Assembly: GCA_964478715.1 (NCBI GenBank)
Contig: CAYZIY010000002.1
Location: forward strand, 35,179 to 99,178
Reading direction: 5' to 3'
Length of the DNA: 64,000 nt
Origin: an uncultured Planctomycetales bacterium
GTDB lineage: Bacteria > Omnitrophota > Gorgyraeia > Zapsychrales > JBDRMG01
Part shown: positions 62,895 through 64,000 of the stretch, piece after piece
Position numbering within the stretch: the first letter of the stretch is position 1
How the letters are laid out: each line of letters begins with the position of its first letter
The notes under the pieces: generated by a model
Seen by the model: only the letters and a program-made list of their open reading frames with translations
What the model was told of the DNA's origin: nothing
Database searches by the model: none
Program-made: the position numbers and the translations under genes

Positions 62895-63699
62895 AGCTTT
62901 GACTAATCTCCTTTATGCATTTTTGAACCAGTTGTTGGTCCATTTGAAAAGTTTCGGCAACGAAACCGGCCAGAAGGCAGCGGTCGCAGAGAATGTTGAT
63001 CAGCCGCGGTGTTCCGCTTGAATATCTGTAGATTTCATCAATAGCTGATGGGGCAAAGATCAGTTTCGGGCTGGCACCGGCAACCCGTAGTCGATGATAA
63101 ATGTATTTGTCGATCTCAGATGGGTCCAAAGGCTGGATATGATATCGGACAATTACCCGCTGGTTGATTTGGCGTAGAGACGGCAATCTGAGCTTATCAG
63201 CTAGCTCCGGCTGACCGACCAGAACGATTTGGAGCAGTTTTTCCTTTTCTGTTTCCAGGTTTGAGAGCAGGCGAATCTGCTCGAGCTGACGCTCTTTGAG
63301 ATTTTGGCTTTCGTCGATAACCAAAACTACATTATGGCCCGCAGAAGATTCCTCTAGAAGAAAGTTATTAAGCGCGCTGACTAAGCTGATGCGGTCTTTC
63401 CTTGTTGTATGGATACCCAAATCCTTAACGATGAGTTGCAGCAATTGAATTTCGGAGAAATTGGGATTAAGAATGAGGGCGGTCTTGGTGTTAGTATCCA
63501 TGCGGTCCAGAAGAGCCCGGCACAGAATTGTTTTTCCAGTGCCGATTTCTCCGGTAACAACGATAATGCCTTTTCTTTGGTCAATCCCGTAAGACAGGTG
63601 AGAGAATGCCTCTTTGTGTCTAGCGCTAAAATAAAAGAATGCCGGATCACAGGTGACATTAAAGGGATTTTCAATCAGCCCGTAAAATTCTTTATACAT
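62878..63699 (-). CDS. ExeA/GspA-family AAA ATPase
   Basis: MY..FYGL..NPF...DP.F, GEIGTGKT, IDESQ, LVGQPEL, GTPRLIN..CD. Confidence 0.9.
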   Translation of the reverse strand: MYKEFYGLIENPFNVTCDPAFFYFSARHKEAFSHLSYGIDQRKGIIVVTGEIGTGKTILCRALLDRMDTNTKTALILNPNFSEIQLLQLIVKDLGIHTTRKDRISLVSALNNFLLEESSAGHNVVLVIDESQNLKERQLEQIRLLSNLETEKEKLLQIVLVGQPELADKLRLPSLRQINQRVIVRYHIQPLDPSEIDKYIYHRLRVAGASPKLIFAPSAIDEIYRYSSGTPRLINILCDRCLLAGFVAETFQMDQQLVQKCIKEISQSYEYHQ

Positions 63700-63706
63700 G
63701 GGTGAA

Positions 63707-63735
63707 ATTATAGCATGAGTGCAAAATCAGGACAA
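63707..63735 (-). promoter_or_regulatory. Promoter for exeA (apparently leaderless)
   Basis: On the - strand TTGTCC-17 bp-TATAAT with extended TG; ATG 7 nt after the -10. Confidence 0.55.
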
Positions 63736-63763
63736 GTTAAAATGGCAAATGAGCTAAAAGAAT

Positions 63764-63791
63764 TTGAAAAATTAATAATGTATGTTATACT
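63764..63791 (+). promoter_or_regulatory. Promoter for PilZ gene
   Basis: TTGAAA-16 bp-TATACT with extended TG. Confidence 0.5.
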
Positions 63792-63841
63792 TGAATCAGA
63801 TGAAGCCACGGCATCTAATTGAAAGCCGTGGTTTACTATTT

Positions 63842-64000
63842 ATGGAAAAAAAATTCGTCGACAAAAGAAGATTTCCTCGCATTCGGTTTGAGGGACCCGT
63901 GCATTATCATATGAAGGAGCAGCCTCGATTTGGAGGTTGTCTGGCTAGGGATATTTCTGAAGGCGGTATTAAGCTCAATTTCAGTGATTTTGTTCCTTTG
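63842..64000 (+). CDS. PilZ domain protein (3'-truncated; not in ORF track)
   Basis: Manual translation MEKKFVDKRRFPRIRFEGPVHY...ARDISEGGIKL shows RxxxR and DxSxxG c-di-GMP motifs. Confidence 0.82.
   Translation, partial: MEKKFVDKRRFPRIRFEGPVHYHMKEQPRFGGCLARDISEGGIKLNFSDFVPL

Overview
This 64-kb window is core chromosome from a diderm bacterium, most likely of the PVC superphylum. Evidence for PVC is the small basic signature protein at 59371, the RpoB 'FFARSQLS' motif and the absence of L30. The gene repertoire fits Candidatus Omnitrophota, but that assignment is inference. Every credible gene from 1 to 62381 is on the + strand. The order is nadD-PGM-plsC-rpsA-tyrS, then a very compact ~30-kb superoperon (tRNA-Thr, rpmG, tRNA-Trp, secE, nusG, rplKAJL, rpoBC, str, S10, spc, alpha). 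About 27 kb of metabolic, envelope and signalling genes follow: pilT, lipB plus a lipoyl carrier, glycolipid genes, MEMO/DUF1844/Trm112, aroQ-pepQ-efp-accBC-asp23-amaP, pfk, gmhA/hldE, thiE, tRNA-Gly, NlpD, an ATPase with four nucleotide hydrolases, SPOR, SH3, aroB and two receivers. The window ends with exeAB on the - strand and a partial PilZ gene. I saw no CRISPR array, transposase, integrase or rRNA. The strongest leads are: (1) tRNA-Gly overlapping the thiE stop codon; (2) a translationally coupled ATPase-metallophosphoesterase-HIT-dGTPase-degenerate HD-GYP cassette; (3) a tRNA-Trp with a 4-bp anticodon stem; (4) a PPi-type PFK with an altered catalytic loop; (5) several apparently leaderless genes. 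All calls come from reading motifs by eye; no database search was run.
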